DNA of 64,000 nucleotides from an uncultured delta proteobacterium (GTDB lineage Bacteria > Desulfobacterota > RBG-13-43-22): NCBI GenBank assembly GCA_963790475.1, contig CAWBOS010000015.1, forward strand, positions 384,001 to 448,000, in the 5' to 3' direction. Under the pieces are notes generated by a model. The model searched no databases and had not been told where the DNA came from. It saw only the letters and a program-made list of their open reading frames with translations. The translations under genes and the position numbers were made by a program. Positions 40,550 through 49,845 of this stretch are shown piece after piece. The stretch's first letter is position 1. Every line of letters starts with the position of its first letter.

Positions 40550-41809
40550 TTACATCCCCACCCGGCCGAACTTCCGGTCGGCCTTGGTCTGCCATCGGCG
40601 GAAGGTGCCGTCGGCCATTTCCTTGGCGATAACTCTTTTGAAAAGTTCGAACATCCGGTAGGATTGTGGCTTTTCGCGGTAGAAGGTTTCCCAGGACTCG
40701 TCGTATAATTCCTGAAGACGCTCCACACTCATGTGTTTCGGCTGGAAGATGACTTTGTCGCAGGTATAGTCATTCCAATCGTAGGACAGAATCCGCCCTT
40801 CCTGTTGCAGGTCGGTGAAGGCCCGCGTGTGGGGAAAGGGGGTCAGGACGGTGAATTCCGCCAGATCCAGTTCGACCTCCAGGAGAAAATCGAAGAGGCG
40901 GCGGATATAATCTTCGGTGTGGTGGTCGAGACCGAGGAGGATGGTCCCCTCGACCCCGATCCCAAAATCATGGTAGTGTTTGATCCGGTTGCGGATTAAG
41001 TCCGAGGTATCGAAAACCGCCTGATAGACATACCAGGCCCCGGCCTGGGCCGCCAGATCCAGCACCTCTTCATCATCCTCGATAGGGTGGGAGCACCACT
41101 TTTTTTTCAGAGGAATCATCTCCCGGAATAGTTGCTTTTCCCAGGCCTTGTCCTGGGCCAAGGAATTGTCCACAATGAAAAGACGATTATTTTCTATGGC
41201 GGCCAGTTCCTCCACAACCTTGTCCATGGGGCGGGGCCGGAACTGACGTCCCCCCAGAAAACTGACACAGCAGGGATAGCAGTTAAATCGGCATCCCCGC
41301 GAGGCGTGGAAAAGATCGACCATCTGGACGCCCTTGTAGTTGTAAAGCTCCCGTTTAAGGAGGTCCCGTCGGGCCGTGCCGACCGAGGCGATGGGTGGAA
41401 AATCGGTCAGGTAGTCGTAGACGTTTTGAAGCCGGTTATTCTGGAAATCATCCAAAACCTGCTCCATACGTCCTTCCGCTTCCCCCAGGAAGACCGCGTC
41501 GGCATGAAGGGAAGTCTCTTCGGCATGGAGCATAGTGGCAATGCCGCCGCAGATGACCGGCAGACCTCTCCTCCGGTATTCATCGGCAATTTCCCAGCCC
41601 CTTTTCACCTGGCTGGTCAGCATCATGGAGATCCCCACCAAGTCCGCTTGGTCATCGAAATCAATGGTCTCCAGATTTTCATCGACGAAATCTATTTCCA
41701 CATCTTGGGGCAGGGCGGCGGCGAAGACAACGGGGCCATGCGGGGGGAGATGGAACTCGGTCTGGCCTTTGAGCTTTTTCCACTTGGGATAGATGAGTTT
41801 AAATTTCAT
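40550..41809 (-). CDS. Cobalamin-binding radical SAM protein
   Basis: B12-binding domain (PPHGP..DLVGIS..VICGG), SRGCRFNCYPC, LTPFPHT. Confidence 0.9.
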   Translation of the reverse strand: MKFKLIYPKWKKLKGQTEFHLPPHGPVVFAAALPQDVEIDFVDENLETIDFDDQADLVGISMMLTSQVKRGWEIADEYRRRGLPVICGGIATMLHAEETSLHADAVFLGEAEGRMEQVLDDFQNNRLQNVYDYLTDFPPIASVGTARRDLLKRELYNYKGVQMVDLFHASRGCRFNCYPCCVSFLGGRQFRPRPMDKVVEELAAIENNRLFIVDNSLAQDKAWEKQLFREMIPLKKKWCSHPIEDDEEVLDLAAQAGAWYVYQAVFDTSDLIRNRIKHYHDFGIGVEGTILLGLDHHTEDYIRRLFDFLLEVELDLAEFTVLTPFPHTRAFTDLQQEGRILSYDWNDYTCDKVIFQPKHMSVERLQELYDESWETFYREKPQSYRMFELFKRVIAKEMADGTFRRWQTKADRKFGRVGM

Positions 41810-41955
41810 GAGGAAAAAATATCATACCTGACAAGGAAGGTCAATTATTTAGAGCCAGTCAAGTAAAGCACAGACTAACTACCAAAGTTGTCTAAGAATA
41901 AAAAACAGGACCAATAAGATTAACGAGTTCGAAAAAATCATTGAAGATCGTTAAA

Positions 41956-42178
41956 GTCATTCCGTCGGAGAGACTGTGTCACGATTACATTTATGTCATT
42001 CCGTGCAAGCAAAGCGCGACACGGAATCCAGTTTTTCCGATAAGTTCTGGATACCGGCTTTCGCCGGTATGACGACTTTGATGGCGCTTTAAGTAATTAC
42101 GAAACCGCCTCGGAAGCCTGAGTCCAGTATTCTAAAGTGGAAAAAATTATCCTGGACCCCGGTTTTCTCCGGGGTGAC
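41956..42178. mobile_element. Nested palindromic elements: REP/RPE-like element interrupted by a 142-bp MITE that contains another REP-like element
   Basis: Outer GTCATTCCGTC-GGA|...|GGA-AGCCTGAGTCCAG...CTGGACCCCGGTTTTCTCCGGGGTGAC. Inner 41970-42111 has imperfect TIRs GAGACTGTGTCACGATTAC / GTAATTACGAAACCGCCTC and a GGA duplication. Innermost GTCATTCCGTG..ACGGAATCCAG..CTGGATACCGGCTTTCGCCGGTATGAC. Confidence 0.7.
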
Positions 42179-42194
42179 GACTATTATCGATTCT

Positions 42195-42791
42195 TCAATT
42201 CTGAGAAGTTGGAATTATTTTTTCGGATTTCTTTTTATAAGCCGCAATATTGGATTTATGGGCCCAAAAGATCAGAGCCATAGTCAAAGCCACCGCTATA
42301 ATCACCGGCCAATCCCGGGCATAACGGATCATGGTCCCCACTCCCAAAAAAGCGATCATAAAAAAAGACCCGACAAAGGGTATACGAAACACCCCGTAAG
42401 CCAGAACCCAGGCCAGGCAGGAAATCCCGGCCACGACCGGAGACAAAAAAGCAGTGAACCCCAGATAACCGGCTACGCCTTTACCCCCTCGGAACCCATG
42501 AAACAGCGGTTTTTGATTCCCGATCACCAGGACCAGCCCCAAGACAGGTACCAATGGAGCAGGCAAAAACCAAACCCCGACTTGGGCGATGACTACGGCA
42601 CGACCCAGGTCCAGCAAGAGGACCACCGCCCCCCAGAATTTGCCGAGCTGCCTGGAGACGTTAGTAGTCCCGGCATTGCCGCTGAAACGGTCCCTCGGGT
42701 CACCCTGGCCAAGTATTTTAAACAGGATAATGGAAAAATTGATCGAGGCGGCAATATAAGTTGACAGCCCCAATAACAATAAGGTCCCCAA
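42195..42791 (-). CDS. plsY: PlsY-family acyl-phosphate:glycerol-3-phosphate acyltransferase (variant)
   Basis: SGNAGTTNVSR (motif 1), FRGGKGVA (motif 2), AHKSNI (motif 3); TTG start abuts the upstream stop. Confidence 0.85.
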   Translation of the reverse strand: MGTLLLLGLSTYIAASINFSIILFKILGQGDPRDRFSGNAGTTNVSRQLGKFWGAVVLLLDLGRAVVIAQVGVWFLPAPLVPVLGLVLVIGNQKPLFHGFRGGKGVAGYLGFTAFLSPVVAGISCLAWVLAYGVFRIPFVGSFFMIAFLGVGTMIRYARDWPVIIAVALTMALIFWAHKSNIAAYKKKSEKIIPTSQN

Positions 42792-44276
42792 CTAATCCTC
42801 CGCTGCCCCTGGTTCCTTTCCAGGGTCTGCAATCCGACTGTCGGTCCTGACAAAACGGAGGAACCCTCCGAGATTGGACAGGAACCTCTTCCAACTGTCG
42901 GGGGAGCGCCAGATCATGGTCAGGTAGCCGAGGAGCATTTTGGGCCGCATAAAGTGTTTCCGGTAGAACCTGATGAAAAGTTTTTCCAGAAGCTCGGCCG
43001 TCATCCCCCGGGGAACGAAGAGGAAATGCATACAGTCCATTTTTTCCCAGTCTTCTTCAAAGGTCCCCAGCTCGTGGGCCTTTTCATAGAGGGGCGTACC
43101 CGGGAAGGGGGTAAATTTGGAGACATTGATGTCATCAATGGGCAAAGAAAAGACATAATCCATGCTTTTTTGGATACTCGATTCGGTTTCACCGGGCAAA
43201 CCTACCATGAGCAGTCCCTTGACCCGGATACCGACTTTATGGATCAGATGTATTTTTTCGGCCAGCATCTCCAGGTTGGGGTTTTTGCGGTGCTGGGCCA
43301 GAAGGTCCTCATCCCCGGTTTCCACACCAAGACTGATCATCCAGCATCCGGCCTCTTTCATCATCCGGGCCAGAGCGAGATCAATATGCTCGGCCCGGAC
43401 GGCACAGTTAAAGGTCATCCCCAGCGGCTTATCAATCATCATCCGGGCGAAGGCCTCGACCCTTTTACGATTAAAAGTGAACTGGTCATCATAGAAGTTG
43501 ATGTGCCGGATATGAAAACGATCGTTGAGATATTTCAGATGTTCATAAAGGTAGTCGGCGGAATTGTACCGGAAACTGCTCCCGAACACGGAACGGTCAC
43601 AGTAACTGCAGGCATAGGGGCATCCCCGGCTGGATATGCAGCTGGTATTGGGGACCGTCGGATAATTGAAAATGGGCAGCTTGTAGGTTTGAGGATAACC
43701 GTCCAATTTTTCATAGGCGGGAAAAGGCAGACTGTCGAGATCGATGCCTTTGGCCCGGTAGCCGATAAAATGCGGGATCCCTTCCGGGCCGCGCCAGACT
43801 ACGCCGGGAATCGGGGACGCCGCATTAATTTCTCCATTGCAGGACACAAGCTCGGCCAGGGTCTGTTCGCCCTCACCGACCACGGCAAAATCAACCTCCG
43901 GAAAATCGGCCAGGCTCTTGGTTTTCAGGGCCGAGACATGAGGGCCCCCAAAAACCGTTTGTATGCCCGGCAAATCCTTTTTTGCCATCCTGGCGATGCG
44001 GACTCCATCCAGAAAGCTCGACGTGGTGCAACTGAAGCCGATGAAAGCCGGCTTCTTTTCGATCAGATAATCCTTGATGAAACCATCGGAAAAAGGCTTG
44101 GCAAAATAATCGACGATATCAGCTTGAATATTCTCCTTTTCCAGATAGGCTGCCATGCTGGCCAGGCCCAGGGGGGGCATGATATTGGCTATACGCGAAA
44201 CATCCTGCCCCGACCTTTCCACCTTGTAACCCAGGGGATGGACGAGGAGGATTCTATTCTTCTGTAAAACGGGCAT
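42792..44276 (-). CDS. Cobalamin-binding radical SAM protein (BchE/class B methylase-like)
   Basis: MPPLGLASMAAYL..FIGFS..VFGGPHVS, SSRGCPYACSYC, FYDDQF, LGVETG, FTPFPGTPLY. Confidence 0.92.
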   Translation of the reverse strand: MPVLQKNRILLVHPLGYKVERSGQDVSRIANIMPPLGLASMAAYLEKENIQADIVDYFAKPFSDGFIKDYLIEKKPAFIGFSCTTSSFLDGVRIARMAKKDLPGIQTVFGGPHVSALKTKSLADFPEVDFAVVGEGEQTLAELVSCNGEINAASPIPGVVWRGPEGIPHFIGYRAKGIDLDSLPFPAYEKLDGYPQTYKLPIFNYPTVPNTSCISSRGCPYACSYCDRSVFGSSFRYNSADYLYEHLKYLNDRFHIRHINFYDDQFTFNRKRVEAFARMMIDKPLGMTFNCAVRAEHIDLALARMMKEAGCWMISLGVETGDEDLLAQHRKNPNLEMLAEKIHLIHKVGIRVKGLLMVGLPGETESSIQKSMDYVFSLPIDDINVSKFTPFPGTPLYEKAHELGTFEEDWEKMDCMHFLFVPRGMTAELLEKLFIRFYRKHFMRPKMLLGYLTMIWRSPDSWKRFLSNLGGFLRFVRTDSRIADPGKEPGAAED

Positions 44277-44441
44277 ATTCTAACCTTGTTTGGTGGATGG
44301 GGTGAGTATAAAATATGGCACAGACAGGGTCAAGAAAGAAAAAAGGCTTTCCCCCCTTCATTTTTAACCTGTTCAGCCGTTTCAACTTCAATCAGAGGGG
44401 AGGGGACTTTTTTTACTTATTTTAATAAAAAAATTTAAATC

Positions 44442-44455
44442 TTGACTTAAGTCAA
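44442..44455 (+). promoter_or_regulatory. FNR/HcpR-like operator upstream of hcp
   Basis: Perfect palindrome TTGACTTAAGTCAA, centred about -41.5 relative to a start predicted from -10 TATATT (44478-83). Confidence 0.7.
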
Positions 44456-44538
44456 TGGAATTTCCGGCCAAAGTGATTATATTGTATCTCAGCAAGCTGA
44501 TCTAACGAAAATATTCAATTATTAGAAAGGAGAATAAT

Positions 44539-46168
44539 ATGTTTTGTTATCAATGTGAACAAACCGCCAAAGGAGAAGGTTGTACTAAAATCGGGGTCTG
44601 CGGAAAGCAGCCGGAGGTCGCGGCCCTGCAGGATCTGGTGGTTTACACCATGAGGGGGTTATCCCAGGTGGCAGTAGAGGGCCGGAAAGTAGGTATCAGC
44701 GACCCAGAGGTAAATGCTTTCACTGCGGAAGCCATGTTTTCCACCTTGACCAACGTGGATTTTGACCCGAACGGTTCAGACCCATTCTTCAAAAAATCGT
44801 CGGCTTAAGGGAAAAGCTGAAGGCCAAAGTCAAAGCCGCCGGGGGCAAGGTCGATTTTCCGGAAGGGCCGGCCAATTTGGCCCTGGCCGACAGTCTGGAA
44901 GGACTGACCGCCCAGGGAGAAAAGGTCGGTATCAAAGCAGATACTACAACGGATAGAGACATTCATGCCCTGATCTGGACCGTTACCTTCGGCATTAAAG
45001 GAATTGCCGCCTACGCCGATCATGCCCGGATCCTCGGTCAGGAAGACGAGGCCATTTACGCCTTCATGCATGAGGGACTGGCGGCCACCTTGAACAAGGA
45101 CCTGACCCTGAACGACTGGATCGGCCTGACCATGAAAGCGGCGAGATCAATCTGAGGACCATGGAAATCCTGGACGCCGCCAACACCGAAACTTATGGCC
45201 ATCCCGTACCTACCAAGGTCCCCTTGGGCCATAAAAAAGGCAAGGCCATCCTGGTTTCCGGCCACGACCTGAAGGATATGGAACTGATCCTGAAGCAGAC
45301 CGAGGGGAAAGGGATTACCGTCTATACCCACGGGGAGATGCTGCCCGCTGCACGGCTATCCCGAACTGAAGAAATATGCCCATTTTTACGGTCATTACGG
45401 AACCGCCTGGCAGAACCAGGGCAAAGGAATTCGCCGAATTCCCCGGGGCCATCCTCATGACCACCAACTGCATCCAGAAACCGAAGGAGTCCTATCAGGC
45501 CAATATCTTCACTACCGGTCTGGTCGGCTGGCCCGGGGTCACCCACATTGCCGATAAAAATTTTACTCCGGCCATTGAAAAGGCCCTGGCCCTGCCCGGT
45601 TTTGCTGAAGACAGCGACGGGAAAACGGTTACCGTGCGGTTTTGGCCGGAATACCGTGATGGGCGTGGCCGGAACGGTCATCGAGGCGGTCAAGAACAAG
45701 GCCATCCGTCATTTCTTCCTGGTGGCCGGCTGTGACGGGGCCAAACCGGGCCGCAATTATTATACCGAGTTTGTGGAAAAGGCGCCGAAGGATACGGTCA
45801 TCCTCACCCTGGCCTGCGGCAAGTTCCGGTTCTTTGACAAGGAATTGGGAGATATCGGCGGTATCCCCCGTCTGTTGGATGTAGGTCAATGCAATGACGC
45901 CTATTCGGCGGTCCAGATCGCCGTGGCCCTGTCCAAGGCCTTTAATGTGGGGGTAAACGATCTGCCTTTATCCATGATCCTGTCCTGGTATGAACAGAAG
46001 GCCGTGGCTATTCTCCTGACCCTGCTTTACCTGGGGATTAAAAATATCCGCCTGGGGCCATCTCTGCCGGCTTTCATCACCCCTAACGTGCTGGATTTTC
46101 TGGTCAAGAATTTCAACATCATGCCCATCAGCACCCCGGAGGCGGATTTGAAGGCGATATTAGGTTAA
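44539..46168 (+). CDS. hcp: Hybrid cluster protein (hydroxylamine/NO reductase), about 5 single-base indels
   Basis: [75 protein letters not shown]. Frame breaks near 44770, 45138, 45350, 45420 and 45636. Confidence 0.93.
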
Positions 46169-46173
46169 AAACT

Positions 46174-46262
46174 GGTCTAAGGTCCAAGGTGTAGGGTGTA
46201 AGGAAAAGCGATAAACCTACACCATTTCCTTGAAATAACCTTACACCTTATACCTTATACCC
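46174..46262. repeat. Inverted heptamer-repeat element (GGTNTAR ... ACCTTAY)
   Basis: ggtctaa ggtccaa ggtgtag ggtgtaa ... accttac accttat accttat; a similar element occurs at 13527-13590. Confidence 0.6.
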
Positions 46263-46279
46263 CCGAAGGGAGTTTTGTT

Positions 46280-47009
46280 ATGAAATGCCCCGGTCAAGAC
46301 AGCCGTTATTGGAAACCCGGTTCCATCTTTGAGGCCAATTGTCCCCAATGCGGACAGGAGATGGAGTTCTTTAAAGACGATACCACCCGCCGCTGTAAAA
46401 GTTGCGGGCATCGCCTCCTGAACCCTAAAATGGATTTCGGCTGCGCCTCATATTGTCAATATGCCGAACAATGTCTTGGGGATTTACCCCCGGAGTTGAT
46501 AGCCCAGAAAGAAGACCTGTTAAAAGACCGGGTGGCCATCGAGATGAAAAAGTATTTCGGAAAAGATTTCCGCCGCATCGGACACGCCACCAAGGTGGCC
46601 CGCTATGCCGAACAGATCGGGAAAGAGGAAAAAGGCAATCTGGCCGTGATCCTGCCGGTGTCCTATCTCCACGATATCGGCATCCAGGAGGCGGAAAGAA
46701 GGTACCAGAGCACGGCTGCCCGCTATCAGGAGGAATTAGGTCCGCCCATCGCCCGGGATATCCTGGTCAAATTGGGCGCCCGGGAAGAATTGATCGAAGA
46801 GGTCTGCGATATCGTCGGCCATCACCATCATCCCCGGGATGAGGAAACGCTCAATTTTAAGGCTCTTATATGATGCCGACCTGATCGTCAACCTGGAAGA
46901 GGCTCATAAGGAAAAACCTTCCACACCGGAGCGGATGGAAGAAATCATAGGAAAATCCTTTTTGACCGAAAGCGGCAGGAAACTGGCCCGGGAAGTTTTA
47001 AGACCATAA
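46280..47009 (+). CDS. Zn-ribbon + HD-domain phosphohydrolase, one indel near the 3' end
   Basis: MKCPGQD..CPQCG..CKSCG..C..C..C, HATKV, YLHDIG, GHHH; the expected LYDADLIVN continues in another frame after ~46868 to TAA 47009. Confidence 0.82.
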
Positions 47010-47169
47010 CAAACGCATAGCGCGAGGAGCAAAGGGCCAAGAGTAAAAAGCAAAGCGCACAGAACACAGCGACAAGAGTATCGGAAGTCATTTCCTCATT
47101 TTCCACCATGTCTTATCTCAAACTCTACGCGCTATGCCCTTTGCCCCATGCCCATAAAAGGAGAATGAC

Positions 47170-47904
47170 ATGAAAATAAATCGAAAAATAATCAAAATCG
47201 ATCCGGACCGTTGTGATGGCTGCGGGTTATGCGTACCGTCCTGTGCCGAAGGGGCCATTCAGGTGATTGATGGCAAGGCCCGATTGGCGGCCGAAAAATA
47301 TTGCGATGGATTGGGGGCCTGTCTGGGAGAATGCCCCAACGATGCCCTCCGGATTATCGAGCGGGAGGCCGAAGATTTTGACGAAGCGGCCGTGGAAGAG
47401 CACCTCAAGGGAACGGAAGAAAAAACCGGTTCGTCAGGATCCGTTTTGCCTTGCGGTTGTCCATCCACCCAACTGCAGAGTCTTTCCCCGGCCGATTCCT
47501 GCCGGCAGGCCAATCAGCCTCAAATGCAGGTCGGACAGACATCGGCCCTTGGTCATTGGCCGGTCCAGATCAAACTGGTTCCCCCGACAGCCCCATTTCT
47601 AAAAGGGGCCGATCTGCTGGTGGTGGCCGACTGCACCCCCCTGGCCTATCCCAATTTTCATCGGGATCTCTTGAAAGGCAAGGTGGTCATGATGGGTTGT
47701 CCCAAATTTGACGATGTCCAGGAATATATCGCCAAGTTCACCGATATTTTCAAGACAGCGGGAATCAAGAGCATCACCACGGCGGTGATGGAAGTGCCCT
47801 GTTGTTCCGGGCTGCCCTTCATCGTCAAAAAGGCCCTGGCAGCTTCCGGAAAAAAGATCCCTCTGGAGGAGAAGGTGATAAGCATCAGAGGAGAGCTGAT
47901 GTAA
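47170..47904 (+). CDS. 4Fe-4S dicluster ferredoxin-like protein (hcp-associated type)
   Basis: CDGCGLCVPSC, CDGLGACLGECP, CGCP, WPVQIKLV, ADC, GCPKFD, MEVPCC. Confidence 0.88.
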   Translation: MKINRKIIKIDPDRCDGCGLCVPSCAEGAIQVIDGKARLAAEKYCDGLGACLGECPNDALRIIEREAEDFDEAAVEEHLKGTEEKTGSSGSVLPCGCPSTQLQSLSPADSCRQANQPQMQVGQTSALGHWPVQIKLVPPTAPFLKGADLLVVADCTPLAYPNFHRDLLKGKVVMMGCPKFDDVQEYIAKFTDIFKTAGIKSITTAVMEVPCCSGLPFIVKKALAASGKKIPLEEKVISIRGELM

Positions 47905-48042
47905 CAGGAAAAGATTAAATTGGTGTGGTGGCTTTTGATTAATAGGTGGGAGAAAGAAGGTAAGGGATTGAATGCTCGAGGATGCAATCCAGCCGTTGGC
48001 GGAATTGGTCCTGGGTACCGGGAGCTTCTTGAATTCAATAAA

Positions 48043-48573
48043 TTACAAATTATCCCGAATGGTCTTAATCAGCCTTTGAATCTCCACAGGGCTTAATTTT
48101 CCCTCTTTTTTGAAAATTAGGTTCCCTTTTTTATCAAAGACAAGCACATCACTATTGTCATCGGCAATTTTCCAGGTTTTTACCAGTACTTTCTTGTAGT
48201 CCCGCACATAAGTGACCTTGGGATACCGGTCCTGTTTTTCTTTAAGGGCCATATTAAGAGCGAAATTGGGCATCCAGGTTGCCGCCATGTTGATGATTCC
48301 GTAAGAATGAAATTTATCTTCGGGGAACTTTTCCTTGTCTATGGCATCGCTTGCCGGATTATTGGTATCCTTTTCGTCGGGATCGACATAAAAAAGGACA
48401 TGGACCTTCCCCCGTAATTCCTCACTACTCCAGGGCTTTCCATCCAGCCTTCCCCCTAACTTTTCCTTCAACTCCACTTTGGGGGGAACTTCACCGATCT
48501 CCAAGGCCTGGGCTATGGGGTTGATTAGAAAGATCCCCAAAACAACCAAAATGATTTTATTGAATAACTTCAT
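48043..48573 (-). CDS. YtfJ-family exported protein
   Basis: Signal peptide (AQA-L), PWSSEELRGKVHVLFY, IINMAATW, VLVFDKKG..KEGKLS. Confidence 0.72.
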   Translation of the reverse strand: MKLFNKIILVVLGIFLINPIAQALEIGEVPPKVELKEKLGGRLDGKPWSSEELRGKVHVLFYVDPDEKDTNNPASDAIDKEKFPEDKFHSYGIINMAATWMPNFALNMALKEKQDRYPKVTYVRDYKKVLVKTWKIADDNSDVLVFDKKGNLIFKKEGKLSPVEIQRLIKTIRDNL

Positions 48574-48708
48574 ATTCCGCCTCCTCATAGTTATGACGAA
48601 TAGAAAGGCACCTTGGTTCCCAAGGGGAATGTTGACAAGTGAAAACGTCTCCTATCCGAAGCTTTTTAGAAGCCATCGATATTTTGCCTTGTTATGACCT
48701 TGAACGCC

Positions 48709-49053
48709 TTATTTGCCACAACATTTTTTATATTTATTCCCGCTTCCACAGGGACAGGGCTCGTTGCGCCCAAATTTTTTCCCGGCAATCAACGGCTTTA
48801 AGGGGGTCAGCAATCTTTCTAAATCGGCAATATCCTCTGGCTGATCCGGTTCCAATCCAATGGTATATTTCCAATTGTTTTCTTCAAATAGGGTTGCCAC
48901 TTCTTTCATTCTTTCATCAGTTTGGACATGTACTACAGCCGGATTTTTTTGAGTCCCTAATTTGGCCGTTTTCTTAATGGCAAAAATTCTTGCCCTCCTT
49001 TCCCCATCGAATGTTTTTGCTTTCTTCGTACCATCAACAAATACCTTCCCCAT
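48709..49053 (-). CDS. SEC-C metal-binding motif protein
   Basis: [40 protein letters not shown]. Confidence 0.85.
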   Translation of the reverse strand: MGKVFVDGTKKAKTFDGERRARIFAIKKTAKLGTQKNPAVVHVQTDERMKEVATLFEENNWKYTIGLEPDQPEDIADLERLLTPLKPLIAGKKFGRNEPCPCGSGNKYKKCCGK

Positions 49054-49355
49054 TTTTTCCCCTTTACAAGTATTATCGGATTCTTACATTAGATCATCTG
49101 AGAATTTATCTCTAACATTTTATCTACAGGTCGTAGAGGGTCTTGTCTCCGGGGGTTGTCCACCCCATCCCGCCGTGGGCGGGACCATGCCGGACCAAGT
49201 ACTTAATCTATTTCGGAGAAAGACCTTCATCCCACCAGAGGCAGGACTCGGACGGTTGGGAACATCTACTTACCCTTTGGGGACAATCCCCAACAATAAG
49301 CACCCCATGGCCATCCTAAATTTTCAAACAGGTTTGGTTAGGATTCAACTACCGT

Positions 49356-49466
49356 TCAAGGTTTTCTTTTCGGCTGCTTGGCCAGCTTATTTTTTGCTTT
49401 TTGGTCCTGTTTGTTGGTCTTCTGTTTCTGACCCTTGTCCTTATCCTTCTTGCCTTTGTCTCCCAT
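49356..49466 (-). CDS. Putative 36-aa lysine-rich small protein
   Basis: Strong RBS AAGGAG before ATG 49466: MGDKGKKDKDKGQKQKTNKQDQKAKNKLAKQPKRKP. Confidence 0.5.
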   Translation of the reverse strand: MGDKGKKDKDKGQKQKTNKQDQKAKNKLAKQPKRKP

Positions 49467-49845
49467 TGGGTATCTCCTTTCCCTGTTGTCATTCATCTTT
49501 TCATCGCCAGGGCCCGGAGGCACAGGCCCGATTGCTTTTGATTCAATACGGTTAATATACTCCCTTTTATCATCGATCACAAAACAAAAGATATAAGGGG
49601 AAGGAACCTTTGGATCCAAGGTGTCCATCGAGACCTTCTGAAATGGAGTCCCCCATATTTAAATTACCGTTGAATAGAGGGACTCCAATTTTGTTGCTTT
49701 CCTATGTCCCCTATTTTAGGTATAATGTAAACTAAAATTTGTAACCTGGCTAGTCAGGAACAAAACCTACTTTCGAACAGCTCAGCCTCCGCCCTAATCG
49801 CCGGTCCTTACGCTGGCTGACCGGTTCATTATTATGTACAAAATT

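Noticed and set aside
42954-44267. Long antisense ORFs (437 aa here; also 9436-10398, 10533-11432, 23039-23941, 31058-31870)
   Set aside because: They mirror well-supported genes on the opposite strand, show no motifs, and are expected from codon bias.
49178-49192. Minus-strand CCGGCATGGTCCC matches the 5' end of the HDV ribozyme as I recall it
   Set aside because: The downstream sequence forms simple hairpins and lacks the nested double-pseudoknot partners (P1 3' strand, P1.1, distal P2); treated as coincidence.
49745-49830. Possible c-di-GMP riboswitch upstream of exeA
   Set aside because: Lacks the GGCAAAC/GNRA-receptor consensus of class I; nothing recognisable as class II.
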